Positions 37,876 through 51,740 of a DNA stretch of 64,000 nucleotides are shown here, one piece after another. The notes below the pieces were generated by a model that was given only the letters and a program-made list of their open reading frames with translations, had not been told where the DNA came from and did no database searches. The translations under genes were made by a program, and so were the position numbers. Positions within the stretch are counted from its first letter, which is position 1; each line of letters begins with the position of its first letter. Source of the stretch: Octopus sinensis (lineage: Eukaryota). Location of the stretch: contig NC_043024.1 of NCBI RefSeq assembly GCF_006345805.1, positions 10,788,001 through 10,852,000 of the forward strand, given 5' to 3'.

Positions 37876-38190
37876 GTGGAAACTGTATGGAAGCCTTTTG
37901 AGGAGTTCTTAGCTAAGAATGGATCACTACATCTAGCATTTGTTGAGTTGGGAAAAGCATTTGACAGAGTGCCGTGTTCTGTAATCTGGTGGCTACTAAG
38001 GAAAGTAGGTAGAGATGAATGGCTTATGAGGGCCATACAAGTTACGTACAAAGGTGCAATCAGAAACGTGAGGGTCACTTATAAGTTCAGTGACAAATTT
38101 TGCATGGAAGCAGAGGTTTATCAAGGCTCAGTCTTCAGTCCCTTCTGTGTATAACAATCCTGCTTGGCATAACCGAGGAGTTAAAGAATG
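37876..38190 (+). mobile_element. RTE LINE reverse-transcriptase fragment
   Basis: LHLAFVELGKAFDRVPCSVIWWLLRKVG..EWLMRAIQ..Y...VYQGSVFSP matches RT motifs DLEKAFDRV and QGSVLSP. Confidence 0.88.
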
Positions 38191-38219
38191 GTAGTTGATG
38201 GAAGCACTTATAATAATAA

Positions 38220-38595
38220 TAATAATGAGATTATTGTATACAGTGCTCAGGTGCACCACAACTTGTCAAAAGTGCGTATAAAGTAGATGCAGTAATGTAG
38301 AAATGTCTGGGAAGCGAACAATGTATGAGTCAGATACATGCTTGCGTGTGTATGGAGGGAAGAAAATCAGGTGTAGTGTTGGCGAATCTCAGGAAGCATG
38401 GAAGTTTTGAAGGATGCAGTGCTCCAACTAACAACTGATGCCGGCAGTTTGTTCCATGCTTCAGCAACTCTCACCGTGAAAAAATGTTTCCTGAAGTCAT
38501 GGGAGCTGTGCTGTTTTCTTACTTTGTAAATATGTCCACGGGTGTTAGATGGGTGGAGTTTGAAGAGGTGCTCAGTGTTATCCTTGTACGATAAA
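38220..38595 (-). mobile_element. CR1-type LINE 3' end
   Basis: LFKLHPSNTRGHIYKVRKQHSSHDFRKHFFTVRVAEAWNKLPASVV...FK...* (stop at about 38367), UTR and (ATT)n tail; shorter relative at about 47510-47630. Confidence 0.82.
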
Positions 38596-38639
38596 CTAGA
38601 GTGGGATTAGAGAAGAAATTCCATTCAGGTATGGAAGGT

Positions 38640-38945
38640 TTTAATTTCGATCATTTTAAAGCAGGAAGTTGACTTCAGAATCTCCTGCAACTCTTCTGGA
38701 TGTTCTCCTTGTTTAAGTTAGTGAATGCTGCCATAATCTTTGGTGTTACAAGGAGTTTTGTTGGTCTCTCACTCAATTGCGCCCCACATGTAATAATCAA
38801 AGAGGTTGCAGTCTGGGGAGTTAGGTGGCCAGATGTTAGGGGTGATGTGGTCGCAGAAATTGTCTGACAGCCATGACTGGGTTCTCCTGCTTGTGTGGCA
38901 TGGTGCAGAGTCCTGTTGCCAGACATAGGGTCTTCTTTTCGGATT
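38640..38945 (-). mobile_element. Tc1/mariner superfamily transposase C-terminal fragment
   Basis: YVWQQDSAPCHTSRRTQSWLSDNF...WPPNSPDCNLFDYYMWG; second and third catalytic Asp region, DDxD type (maT-like). Confidence 0.85.
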
Positions 38946-38984
38946 ATGGCTGCTGTTGCTTAGTGAGTGGGATTGACTCAGTGC

Positions 38985-39110
38985 ACAGCCTTTCCTCACT
39001 TTAAAAAAAAGTCTTCTTGCACAGGCATTGCACGATAACAACATTGATTAAGCTTCGTGCAATGGCCATACTCGATAACGAGGGGGCAGCCACCATGTAT
39101 GCATGTATGT
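38985..39110 (+). mobile_element. 3' tail of the same RTE family as 21481-22168
   Basis: ttcgtgcaatggccatactcgataacgagggggcagccaccatgtatg matches ttcgtgcaatggtcatagtcgataacaagggggcagccatcatgtatg of the 21.5-kb copy. Confidence 0.75.
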
Positions 39111-39752
39111 GAGATAAGTTTCACTTTAATAGTTTCAGTATTAAAGTGAAACTATTAACACGTAATACTGAAATAGTGGAGAAGATATGATATTGCTATG
39201 GGCTCACTCTAAGCAAGAAGTTGAACATGTTTTTGGCCTATGACACTACATGGACCCTAAGTAAGGCATGTGCAAAATTTGAATGAAATTGGTTGTGTAG
39301 TCTCAAGTTTATATATTATATACTGAATTTAAATTGAGTGCTCTCAATATACAATTAAAGTATTTATGTATTTAATACGAGTGATTATATATGTATGTAT
39401 ATGTATATAGGTGCAGGTGTGGCAAGAAACTTGGTACCAAGGTACATGGTCCTGGGTTCAGTCCCACTGAATGGTAACTTCTGCTATAGCCTCAGACCAA
39501 CAAAAGCCTTGTCAGTGGATTTTGTAGACAGATATTGAAAGAAATCCATTCTACATATATATGTATATATGTCAGTGTATCTGTTTCTCCCTCATCACTG
39601 CTTCACAACTGGTGTTGGTTTATTTACATTTGTCATAGCTTACTGGTTTGACAAGAAGAAACCAAGAGAATAAGTACCAGGCTTATCAAAATATAAAAAA
39701 ATCACTGGCATTGATTTATTCAACAAAAAATTCTTCAAGGCAAGAAGCCCAT

Positions 39753-39789
<37 letters not shown>

Positions 39790-40404
39790 TCATCATCATC
39801 ATCATCGTTTAACATCCGTTTTCCATGCTGGCATGGGTTGGTCAGTTTGATTGAGATCTGGGAAGCCAGGAAGCTGCACCAGGCTCCAATCTAATCTGGC
39901 AGAGTTTCTACAGCTGGATGCCCTTCCTAATGCCAACCACTCCACAAGTATAGTGGGTGCTCTTTACATGCCACCAGCATGGGAGCCAGTCAGGCTGACC
40001 TATAAATATGCATGTATGTGTGTGTATATGTTTGTGTGTCTGCGTTTTTCCCCCCAACATTGCTTGACAACCGATGCTGGTGTACTTACCTCTCCGTAAA
40101 TTAGCGGTTTGGCAAAAGAGACCGATATAATAAATACTAGGCTTACAAAGAATAAGTCCTGGGGTTGATTTGCTCGACTAAAGGTGGTGCTCCAGCATGG
40201 CCACAGTCAAATGACCGAAATAAGTAAAAGAGTAGTACAATACTGTTTCTACTTTGCACAGATTTTTACCTATTGTGGGGTGTTTTAGAACATAACACCT
40301 GTGATAATGAAGGGCTTACTGTGTGTATATATATATATTACCTTTTACTTGTTTCAGTCATTTGACTGCAGCCATGCTGGAGCACCACCTTTAAAAGTAA
40401 CGGA

Positions 40405-40516
40405 ATGCTTACAGCCCCTAGGGTTCCCAAGCGGTCACCCATCTAAGTACTAATTAGGCTCGATGTTGCTTAACTTCGGTGATTGGACGAGAACCGGTGC
40501 TTTCAACGTGATATGG
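40405..40516 (-). rRNA. 5S rRNA copy, 5'-truncated by about 8 nt, probably a pseudogene
   Basis: Minus strand reads CCATATCACGTTGAAAGCACCGGTTCTCGTCCAATCACCGAAGTTAAGCAACATCGAGCCTAATTAGTACTTAGATGGGTGACCGCTTGGGAACCCTAGGGGCTGTAAGC, matching metazoan 5S with A box (AGTTAAGC) and C box (GATGGGTGACC); several transition substitutions; TTTT about 10 nt downstream. Confidence 0.92.
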
Positions 40517-41683
40517 ATATATATACACACACACAATGGTTTTCTTTCAGTTTAGATCTACCAATTTAAACTGGTTTATGTACCATCGATCACACCTCAC
40601 CTACACCCCTCAACTTTAACCACTCGACTCTTTCCTCTTACACTCGTATGAGTGTGGCAAATGCAAAACTGCTGTCACAGAAAAACTATTGTTCCACTGT
40701 GAGAAAAGTTCTGTTGAAGTGTTGATTTAAATTTTGCTACGGTGGATCGAATCCCCTTGATGCCTGCATGATTCACTACAAGTGCAATCACCTACCCTAC
40801 CCAATCCTTCGTCTGTATTCTCATTCCTACCTTGAGAATACGTTTTGACACCTCACCGCTAATATCTTCATGTTCTTTCAAGCCATTCCCAACCACTCCT
40901 ATATAATTCGTTCGTTTATTGGCCACAAGGGCTAACAAAATTAAAACATAAAGGGACAAAACACCGGACGAAAGTTACAAAGGGTTTTGTCCGTTTGAAA
41001 AAAGGTCCATGTACAAAAGCAGGATGACAACAAAATGTAAGTAACAATTAAAACTCCCAATAGGGGGAGGCACTTCGGAAGGTTACTCATGGAAAAACCC
41101 ATAAAAGCCATGGGAGCCTGGTCAAAAGGGGAGTAGAGAGCCCCTTTCTCCTTTTATATTTCCTTTTAATTCTCACAGGTGTATCCTCAGAATTGGTCCG
41201 TTCACACTGGCCATTCTTGCGACATTCACCCACCTTTCAATAAACTTGCTACCAGACATCACTTCCCTCTCTACTCTCATCTTCCTTTTCAAGTTTCACT
41301 TGAAAAAGTTGATGAGGCCTTGGCCAAAGAGATGCCAAGTAGCCATGCATCACTTCTATAGCAAGAGCTTCTCAACCCTTGGCATAAAGGCACTCAGTTG
41401 AGGGCGATGGACTCCTTTTTCTATCTTGCTAGTTACTTGGTCAGCTCACTAGTGTAGGTGTCACGAAAAACAGCATCCACTACACTTTATAAACTGGTTG
41501 GTGTCAAGAAGGGCATCCTGCCGTATACACCATGCCAAAGTGGTTATTGGAGCTTGTCGACACAGTTTTCTGCTTCTTCGGATTATGTGAAGACGACTAA
41601 CCCATACCAGCATCGTAGACGGACGTTAAATGACTTATATGTATACAGAGAGGGAGAGTAAATTAAACATACTCACACATACG

Positions 41684-41732
<49 letters not shown>

Positions 41733-41943
41733 TATTTCTTTACTAAACACAGAGGGGACAAACAAGGACAGATTACATCGACCCCAGTGCGTAACTGGTA
41801 CTTTTATTTATCGACCCCCGAAAGGATGAAAGGCAAAGTCGACCTCGGCGGAATTTGAACTCAGAACGTAACGGCAGACGAAATACGGCTACGCATTTCG
41901 CCCCCGGCGTGCTAACGTTTCTGCCAGCTCGCCTCATATATAC

Positions 41944-42018
<75 letters not shown>

Positions 42019-42181
42019 TATATATATATACACACACACATATATATATATAGACACACACATATATATATATATATACACACACACACATAAATATATA
42101 TATATATATACGCACACACACACAAATATATATATTTATATACACACACACATATATATATATATACACACACACACATAA

Positions 42182-42254
<73 letters not shown>

Positions 42255-42265
42255 TATATATACAT

Positions 42266-42296
<31 letters not shown>

Positions 42297-42489
42297 ATAT
42301 ACACACACACACATATATATATACACATAAATACATACATATATATACACATACACACAAATAATATGTACTCTTCAAGATTTGGAGACGAGGCGTAAAG
42401 AGAGAAAAAAAAGACAATAAAAATGCGAAGATCACAAGACGCTAACTCTGCATGTAAAGGAAGAGCGGGCGCGCGGATGAGTGAGGGAT

Positions 42490-43470
42490 ATTGAGGGAGA
42501 GTGAAAGTGGAAGTAGCAATAGAGAGAGAGAGAGGAAGGGAGGGAGGGAGGGAGGAAGTAAAATAGATTCTATGAGAGAGGGAGAGAAGGAGACAGATAG
42601 GGAGAATGAATGGGGAAAGGAGAAAGATAAACTCTATGAGGGAGAGAGAGATACAAAGATAAAGATCCCAGAGAGAGAGGGAGAGGGAGAAGTAGAATGA
42701 TAGAAACTCAAAGATCTATACAGAGAAAGAAAGATAGATACAGAGAGAGGGAGAGAGCAAATTAGAAAGAGAGATAAAGAATTGAAATGAGAGAGTGAGG
42801 GAGTATGAGTAAGAGTAAGATTGAAAGAGAGTAAATGGGAAGAGAAAGTAGAGGGAATGAGAGAGGGAAAGGGAGAAAGACAGAGTCTACAAGAGGGATA
42901 CAAACATAAGGATCTACAGAGAGAGAGAGAAAGGATACGCGAAGGAGAGAGCGCGAAAGCGAGAGGATAGGCTTAGTAGAGAGAGAGAGCGGGAGGATAG
43001 CCAAAGTAGAAAGAGAGAGAGCGAGAGGATAGACTTAGTAGAGAGAGAACGGGAGGATAGACTTAGTAGAGGGAGAGAGCGAAAGCGAGAGGATAGGCAT
43101 AGTAGAGAGAGAGCGGGAGGATATACTTAGTAGAGAGAGAGGTTAGGCTTAGTAGAGAGAGAGCGGGAGGATAGACTTACTAGAGAGAGAGAGAGAGAGC
43201 GAGAGGATAGGCGTAGTAGAGAGAGAGCGGGAGGATAGACTTAATAGAGAGAGAGCGGGAGGATAGACTTACTAGAGAGAGAGAGAGAGAGCGAGAGCGA
43301 GAGGATAGGCATAGTAGAGAGAGAGCGGGAGGATAGACTTAATAGAGAGAGCGCGGATAGGCTTAGAAGAGAGAAAGCGCGAGAGGATAGGCTTAGTATA
43401 GAGAGGGAGTGAGAGCAAAGAGAAAAGACATGCAGACTGAAGAGAGGGAGAGAGTAGGAGTATGAGTAAG
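42490..43470. repeat. About 1-kb purine-rich tract with a 20-nt-scale GA minisatellite directly upstream of XPO4
   Basis: Units such as gagaggataggcttagta / cgggaggatagacttagta at about 42960-43400; ends about 20 nt before the XPO4 ATG. Confidence 0.9.
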
Positions 43471-43492
43471 AGTGAGACACTGGACTTACAAG

Positions 43493-43543
43493 ATGGCGGA
43501 ACAAGCAATGATGGAGTTGGAGAATGCAACCCAAATTGTTTTG
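43493..43543 (+). CDS. XPO4: Exportin-4, first coding exon
   Basis: MAEQAMMELENATQIVL then GTATGT donor (phase 0); matches the XPO4 N-terminus (human ...AQLENAAKVLM|APP) and the recalled position of intron 1. ATG lies in caagATGGCGG (YY1-like) and is followed by a CpG-rich segment. Only 17 codons, so assignment rests on motif plus splice position. Confidence 0.78.
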
Positions 43544-45131
43544 GTATGTTACTACACGCATTTCATCCTGTCCAAATATCCGCTCCCTTCGATCCCCATC
43601 GCGGGACTGTTGCTCCCTCGTCGTCCCTTCGTCTCCCGACATACATTAATGTCGTCATTCAACGCGATTCCTTCTGTTTCTCCCCGATTCTCCCTCGTTC
43701 TTTCATTCCAAACCCTATTTTACCTTTTATTTTCTAGATTTGTTTCATACAACAAACTTACAGACCCCTTCTCTGTTTGTCTGGGGTTTTCCCTTTTTTC
43801 TGTATAAAGGAATCCCGAGCGTATTTCGTCCCCTATTCTTTCGTTTGGCTACTTCACCACGGACCCATGTGTTGTCGAGTATGTGCTTCACCACTCGGAT
43901 CTCACATCTATTTAATACATGTTGTGTTTGTTGGAACAGGATCGACAGTAGAACTCAATACACCAGTGTCTGTGTATATATATATATATGTATTTGTATG
44001 TATGTATATATATCATTCTACGGTGGTGCCCCAGCATGGCCGTGGCCTTCGGGCTAAAACATTTTTAAGGATATGTATATGTATATATGCATGTATGCAT
44101 ATATGTATGTATGTATATATATATATATATTAGTATGTATATAGATAGATGTATGTATGTATATAGATGTATGTATGTATATATAGATGTATGTATGTAT
44201 ATATAGATGTATGTATGTATGTATATATAGATGTATGTATGTATATATGTATGTGTATAGATGTATGTATGTATATATAGATGTATGTATGTATATATAG
44301 ATGTATGTATGTATATATAGATGTATGTATGTATATATGTATGTATATAGATGTATGTATGTATATATGTATATATATATTAGTATGTATGTATATATAT
44401 ATATTAGTATGTATGTATATATGTATATATATATATTAGTATGTATATAGATGTATGTATATATATATATGATGTGTATGTGTTTGGCAGAAGGTAAAAG
44501 GTCGAGACATTCGTGCATGGCACTTACCAAACATGCCTGGAACTCACGGCCCTTGAATCACTTGGTAACTTTTAACGATTATATATATATATATATAAGG
44601 AAAGAGAAAGAGAGATTATTTCTTTATTGCCCACAAGGGGTTAAACGTAGAGGGGACAAACGAGGACAGACAAAGGGATTAAGTCGATTAGATCGACCCC
44701 AGTGCGTAACTGGTACTTAATTTATCGACCCCCGAAAGGATGAAAGGCAAAGTCCACCTCGGCGGGATTTGAACTCAGAACGTAACGGCAGAAGAAATAC
44801 CTCTAAGCATTTCGTGGCCGTCGAAGCAGTGTTTTGCTACTCTGGAGTTTCGCCCGTGGTCACAGGGTCACCAGACAAATTACAAATAAATATATTAATC
44901 TCTAATTATTGTATTGAGTACTCCTTTCGTCAACATCGAACGTGTGTGCATATATATATATATACACTGTGTGTGTATATATGTATACACACATAGTGTG
45001 TAGATATATATATACACACAGTGTGTAGATATATATATATATATATAGATAGGTATTGGAAGGTTTGGAGATGATGTACAGGTATTTTATATATATATAC
45101 TGTGTGTATATATATATATATCTACACTGTG

Positions 45132-45163
<32 letters not shown>

Positions 45164-45772
45164 ACCTATACCCGTGGCATACCAACACAAGTGTGTTGAT
45201 GTAGGTATGCTTATACACACACGAATCTAAAATTTATATACACATCAACGTGCGTCTATATACCCACGTATCTTACTGCTTATTTTCTATATTTCCAAAC
45301 GTCCCTTTTATTGTCTATAATGAAGAACATTGCATATATACACACATACACAGTCACCACGTATCAGAGTGGTTGTCAAGCCAAAGTATATTTATATATC
45401 GGGGGGCACCCGTCACTATTAAAAATAATTCTGGATAACAGAAATCTCAGAGCCCAAAGTGAAGATATATATTTCGGGGTCGATAAATTAAGTACCAGTT
45501 ACGCACTGGGGTCGATGTAATCGACTTAATCCCTTTGTCTGTCCTTGTTTGTCCCCTCTATATTCATCCCCTTGTGGGCAATAAAGAAATATATATATAT
45601 TTGTATAATAACTACGAGGTTTTTTATACGCAATATACACCAATGATAACTAGCTTTCTTCATTTAGTGAGGTTTTTTTAGGGGTACCTGTTCATGTTAT
45701 TTTGTAATTATTTTTACGTATGATACCAGCAGGGGTCCTATTTGACTATCCACGCCAAGTGCTCCTTTATAT

Positions 45773-45806
<34 letters not shown>

Positions 45807-48800
45807 TCATGAGATCGTGTGGTGGTACGTGTATGTGTATATATGTATTCAGTGACACGTGAGACTGAAAAAAGTCGATGACAATACAAGGGGGCTTATG
45901 TGATCGTTTCAAAGCTGGGGGATTATTTATATATATATACACCACACATTCATATAAACCTATTAACATGCAGCACACTGTCTCCGTCTATATATATATA
46001 TATATATATATATACATAAGAGAGATACAGAGAAGATGAGGCCTTGCTATTGAGGTTGATTCCTAATATAGCCCAGAAAATTGTTTGTGTATAAGACAAT
46101 AGAAGCTCTGAAATATACACATGTATCAGAAGAATGAAATGTCTACACACGAGTATATATAAATAAATGTGACAGCATGCAGCATATACACACTCGTGTG
46201 AGTATAAATGTGTGTGTATATATATATACGTACATATATAGACATGTATGTATGCATTCTCACAGACACCTATATGTACATACTTGTAAACACGTGTGTG
46301 TATGTATATATATATAGAGATAGAGAGACAGACAGACGGTCAGATACAGGTAGATATATACACACACATACATACATCATGCATTCCTATTACACCATCG
46401 ACATTGTCCTACCCGTTATGACTAGTTTTGTATCACAGGAAAAAAATATAATCATTATTATTGTTATATATATGTATTTGTATGTGTGTGTGCATGTTTG
46501 TATGTATATGTATGTTTGTATATATATATATGTATACGAACTATATGTATGTATGTATGTGTATATTATATGTTTATGTATGTATAGGTATGTATATATA
46601 TGTATGTATGTGTATATATATATATGTGTATGTATGTATATATGTGTGTATGTATGTATATATGTGTGTATGTATGTATATATATATGTGTGTGTATGTA
46701 TGTATATATATGTGTGTATGTATGTATATATGTGTGTGTATATATGTATATATATATGTGTGTGTGTGTATGTATATATGTGTGTGTATATATGTATGTA
46801 TATGTGTGTGTATATGTATATATATATGTGTGTCTGTGTGTATATGTATGTATATATATATATATATATGTGTCTGTGTGTGTATATGTATGTATATATA
46901 TGTGTGTGTGTATATATATATATGCATGTATATGTGTATATATGTTATATAACTGTGTCAATGATGGAATCTGTTAAGCGTCGATCAAAATAATACCTTG
47001 TGGTGTTTACTGAGAGCGTGTTACGTTCTGAATTGAAGTCCAAATCCCATCAGGGCTTTGGCTTTCGCCTCTCAACCCTTCCCGGGTCGATAAAATAAGC
47101 ATTAGCTTAATTACCTGACTCCGACCTAATTGTCTGCCGTTCCCCCCTCCACCACCACCACCACATCCTCCATGAAGACAGGTAGGGGGTCTATTGCTTT
47201 GTGTTAACTAGTATTGTAGTTAACAGGTGCGCCTTTACCGTCATCGCCATGGCGGGACTCCAGGTCGTTCACAGAAGTCTGGTATTCCTGGTCAGGCGAG
47301 TTTAAATGCTTCCTAAAATCCTCGTGACTCACGAGTAATTTATTATTTAAGGTAGAACGAAGTTCTTCATGCTGGGGGACCTGCGATGGGGTTTCGAGTT
47401 CCGATCGGGGTCGTTTTGTGTCGTTAAAGCATCTGGTTAATATTTGCCCGTCACAACATCTCACCTCCTTTATTCCTTCCCCTGTGAAATTCCGTCCACC
47501 TATGAAAATAATAATAATAATTGTGTACAGTGCTCAGGTGTACTACAACTCATCTAAAGTGTATATATAATCAGGTGTAGTTTCGGCGGATTTCGGAAAG
47601 CATGAGGGCCTTAAAGGATGCAATGTGACAAATCTGTGACAAATCTTTTGTAATTCAGTCGTTAAGTTAAAAAAAAGTCTACATGGTTTGTGCAAGACGG
47701 ACTACTGAGGCCCTGTCCGTCAGCTGTGTGGGTTTATGGTTGGTTGGACCTTGAGATTCGGTTACTCAGTCTCTGAAATTGGCTGTGTAATTAGGTTAAG
47801 AAATTCGCCTAGCAACCACGTGTTTTCTGGTTCAATCTTATTGCGTGTCACCCTGAACAAATATTTTCTACAATAGCCTCGGAATGACCAGTGTTTTGGT
47901 AGGCGGAAGCTGTGTAGAAGACCGTCGTGCGTGTGTGTGTGTGTGTTCATCGTTTGACAACCGGTGTTGGTTTATTTACGTTTTCGTAACTTGGTAGTTT
48001 ACCCCCCCCCCAGTTTTGAATAAGTACTAGACTTTTAGAAAACAAGTTCTGGAATCGATTTGTTCGACTAAATCCTTTTAAGCAGTGCCCCAGTTTGGCC
48101 GTAGTCTAGTGACTGAAAGAAGCAGAGGATACAGATTAAAAAGTTAAGGTTAATGCTTACAATATTACCCGGAAACGAAAACAAAAACAAAAAATAGTTC
48201 AACGGGTGTAAAAAAAATGTGTATGAAACGAATCTGAAAGACAAAAATACTCGCAAAGCAACGGGGTGGGTGGGGGGGATTCCCAAGATCCGAGTTTTCC
48301 TCTCATAACTTTGAAGACAATGGATATCTTTTAATGAAATTTTATATAAATACCTTTCAAACGGCCAACATACATTAGGGTTCTAAAGAAATTTGTGGGG
48401 AAAATCTTTTCCCAAATATTCTTTCGCAACTCGATTTTTTAAGATATTAAAAAATATTCCAAAAGATATTTTTAACGTATTTTCAAAACAAGTTTTCACC
48501 ATTCTGCCTTATTTTCCTGTCAAACCGTCAAACCCATGTCAGCATGGAAAACAGACGTTAAATGACAATGATGATGATGATATATATGTGTGTATACTCT
48601 TTTACTTGTTTCAGTCATTTGGCTGCGGCCATGCTGGAGCACCGCCTTTAGTCGAGCAACTCGACCCCGGGACTTATTCTTTTGTAAGCCCAGTACTTAT
48701 TCTATCGGTCTCTTTTGCCGAACCGCTAAGTAACGGGGGACATAAACACACCAGCATCGGTTGTCAACCAATGCTAGGGGGACAAACACATACACACACA

Positions 48801-49729
48801 CACATATGTACGACAGGCTTCTTTCAGTTTCCGTCTACCAAATTCACTCACAGGGCATTGGTTGGCCCGGGGCTATAGTAGAAGACACTTGCCCATGGTG
48901 CTACGCAGTAGGACTGAACCCGTGGTTGGTTAGCAAGCTACTTACCACACAGCCACTCCTGCGCCTACATGTGTGTATAAGAATAAGATGCTTGTTATCT
49001 CTCACCCTCTCCAATCCTTATTCCTTCCTCTAACTTGAATGAATGGCCCTTGCCCCTCTCCCCATCACACCTTCACCATCTCTCTTTCCTCTCCTTCTCT
49101 CTACCTGAGGTTGCCATGTTTCTCCTCTAATACAAGCCACCTTTTTCTCTCCTTCAATACTACGCATCCCCCACTGAGTTGAAGGGGTCTTGTCTTGCTG
49201 GTTACTTGGTGATCTTGCGGCTGCTTGTAAAGTGTAAAAAGCACTCAAGTTCAGTCTGTAGAGGGCAGCTAGCCTTAGAAACCCTGCTAAAGCAGATAGC
49301 AGAGCTGTTGAACTGCCCAACACATGCCATCATAGAAAACATATTAAATGATTATTTGTATGTCATCGTCGTTTAACATCTGCCTTCCATGCCGGCATGG
49401 GTTAGATGGTTTGGCACATGTTGGCCAGGCAAAAGACTGCACCAGGCTTCTGTGTCTGTTTTGGCACCGTTTTTACAGGAACCTAACATCAACCACCCTG
49501 CAGAGTGGACTCAAGAAGCATGTCTCCAGTAAGTTCACTGGCATCATTTCACCATTTTTTGTGTCAATAAAATAGATTTTAGAGGCAGCGAGCTGGCAGA
49601 GACATTAGCACGCCGGGCGAAATGCTTAGCGGTATTTCGTGTGTCTTTACGTCCTGAGTTCAAATTCCACCAAGGCCAGCTTTGCTTTTCATCGTTTTGG
49701 GGTCAATAAATTAAGAACCAGTTGAGACC

Positions 49730-50345
49730 AAACCTTAGTCACAATTTATGTTCTTAACACTAGCTTAATGATAACTAAGTTATTTTACTAAATTCTTTCT
49801 TATATTTAAAATAATTGAAAGAAACACAGAGCATCTCAACAGAAATATGGTAACAAAGGGGTTAAAATATATAATAGAGAAACAATTCTTAACCCTTTTG
49901 ATACCAACCTGGCTGAAACAGCCTCTGGCTCTGTAGTACAAATGTCTTGTTTTTATAAGTTTTGAATTAAAATCTTCCACCAAACCTTAGTCACAATTTA
50001 TGTTCCTAACACTAGCTGAATGATAACTAAGTTATTTTACTAAATTCTTTCTTATATTTAAAATTAATTTAAAGAAACACAGAACATCTCAACAGAAATA
50101 TGGTAACAAAGGGGTTAAAATATATAATGGAGAAACAATTCTTTACCCTTTTGATACCAACCTGGCTGAAACAGCCTCTGGCTCTGTAGTACAAATGTCT
50201 TGTTTTTATAAGTTTTGAATTAAAATCTTCCACCAAACCTTAGTCACAATTTATGTTCCTAACACAAGCTTAATGATAAGTTGTATTTAAAGTAATTGAA
50301 AGAAACACAGAACATCTCAAAATAAATACAGAAACGAAAGGGTTA
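49730..50345 (-). mobile_element. Tandem triplication of piggyBac-type MITE plus 23-bp flank
   Basis: aaccttagtcac recurs with about 253-bp period; TTAA|CCCTT and AAGGG|TTAA ends; same family as 4630-4849. Confidence 0.75.
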
Positions 50346-51299
50346 ATGTCAGCTTACATGAGTCACACACAATTTGTTGAGACAGATTTTTGCACAGCCA
50401 GGCCTTTCGGTTGCCAACTCTTACCCGTCTGTTTCCAAACAAGGTAAATATTTCCTCATGTCCAGACATGTTTTCCACTGAAGACTGGGAATCACCAACA
50501 CTGCTTGTTTACAACAATCACACACTGTTAGGTCAAGGATTCACACATCCACACAACGATGGGCTTCTTTCAGTTTCCATCTGCTAGATCCACTTGCAAG
50601 GCTTTGGTTGGCCCAGGGCTATACTAGAAGACACTTGTTTATGATACTGTATAGTGGAACTGAACCTGAGACTATATGGTTGGAAAGCTAGCTTCTTAAC
50701 CTCTCAGCCACACCTGCATTTAATTTTCACACAAAAATTGTGGTTCTGTGCTATTCTGAGATGAATGGATTAAAAAATGTAGCAGAAAGTGTCATGTTTC
50801 AGAGACATCATCATCATTGTTTAACGTCTGTTTTCCAGGCTGGCATGGGTCAGACGGTCTGACATGAAGCTGGCTAGCAGGGAGCTGACCAGACTCCAAT
50901 AGTCTATTGTGGCATGGTTTCTATGGCTGGATGTCCTTTCCAACACCAACCACTTAACAGTGTGTGCTGGGTGCTTTTTTATGTGTCACCTGCTCAGGTG
51001 TGTTTATGCAACACCAGCACAGGTGCATCTACTCAGCACCGACATGGCTGCATCTACACAGCAACAGCAGTGGAGGCGCAATGGCCCAATGGTTCGGGCA
51101 GCGGACTCGCGGTCGGAGGATTGACATTTCGATTACCATACCAGGCATTGTGTGTGTTTATTGAGCGAAAACACCTAAAGCTACATGAGGCTCCAGCAGG
51201 GGATGGTGGCGACCTCTGTTGTACTCTTTCGCCCCAACTTTCAATCTTTCTTCCTGTTTCTTGTCCCCGACTTCCTATGCAACCGCTGAGCCTGGATGC

Positions 51300-51740
51300 A
51301 CATTCATCCATCCCTCGATGCTCCCGCTGTCGGGGGTTGACCTGCTTTCTCTTCTGCGGGTCTTACGAATAGCAAAGGACCACGTTTCAGACTTTTCCCA
51401 CTGGGACGAAGACCGCTTCGCTCAACAGCATGGGTGCTTTTAAGTGGCACCAGAACCTGACAGTCCAAGCCTATATGTGTAGAAGACAGCAATTTCACCT
51501 AGCTTGGCACATCAAAAACAGCGAATCACCACATCTCCTGGTCTCATTTCCTCAGTGAGGCCCAGCATTCAAAGCTCCTTTCTCCCCACTTCATCCCACG
51601 TCTTCCTGGGTCTACCCCTTCCACAGGTACCCTCCACAATTAGATCTCGACACTTCTTTATGCAGCTGCCCTCATCCATACACATCAAATGACCAAACCA
51701 GCCCAGTCTTCTCTCTTGCACACAACATGTGATGCCTCAA
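51300..51740 (-). mobile_element. RTE LINE 3' end running into family D-type sequence
   Basis: CCVQERRLGWFGHLMCMDEGSCIKKCRDLIVEGTCGRGRPRKTWDEV is an RTE ORF C-terminus; the downstream UTR resembles family D. Confidence 0.8.

Noticed and set aside
40620-40900. CxxC peptide (YECGKCKTAVTEKLLFHC) and a minus-strand donor-bounded segment
   Set aside because: Short, bounded by stops or a LINE tail; probably decayed LINE.
47204-47464. 86-aa minus ORF in CpG-rich unique sequence
   Set aside because: No family recognised and no clear splice sites; not XPO4 exon 2.
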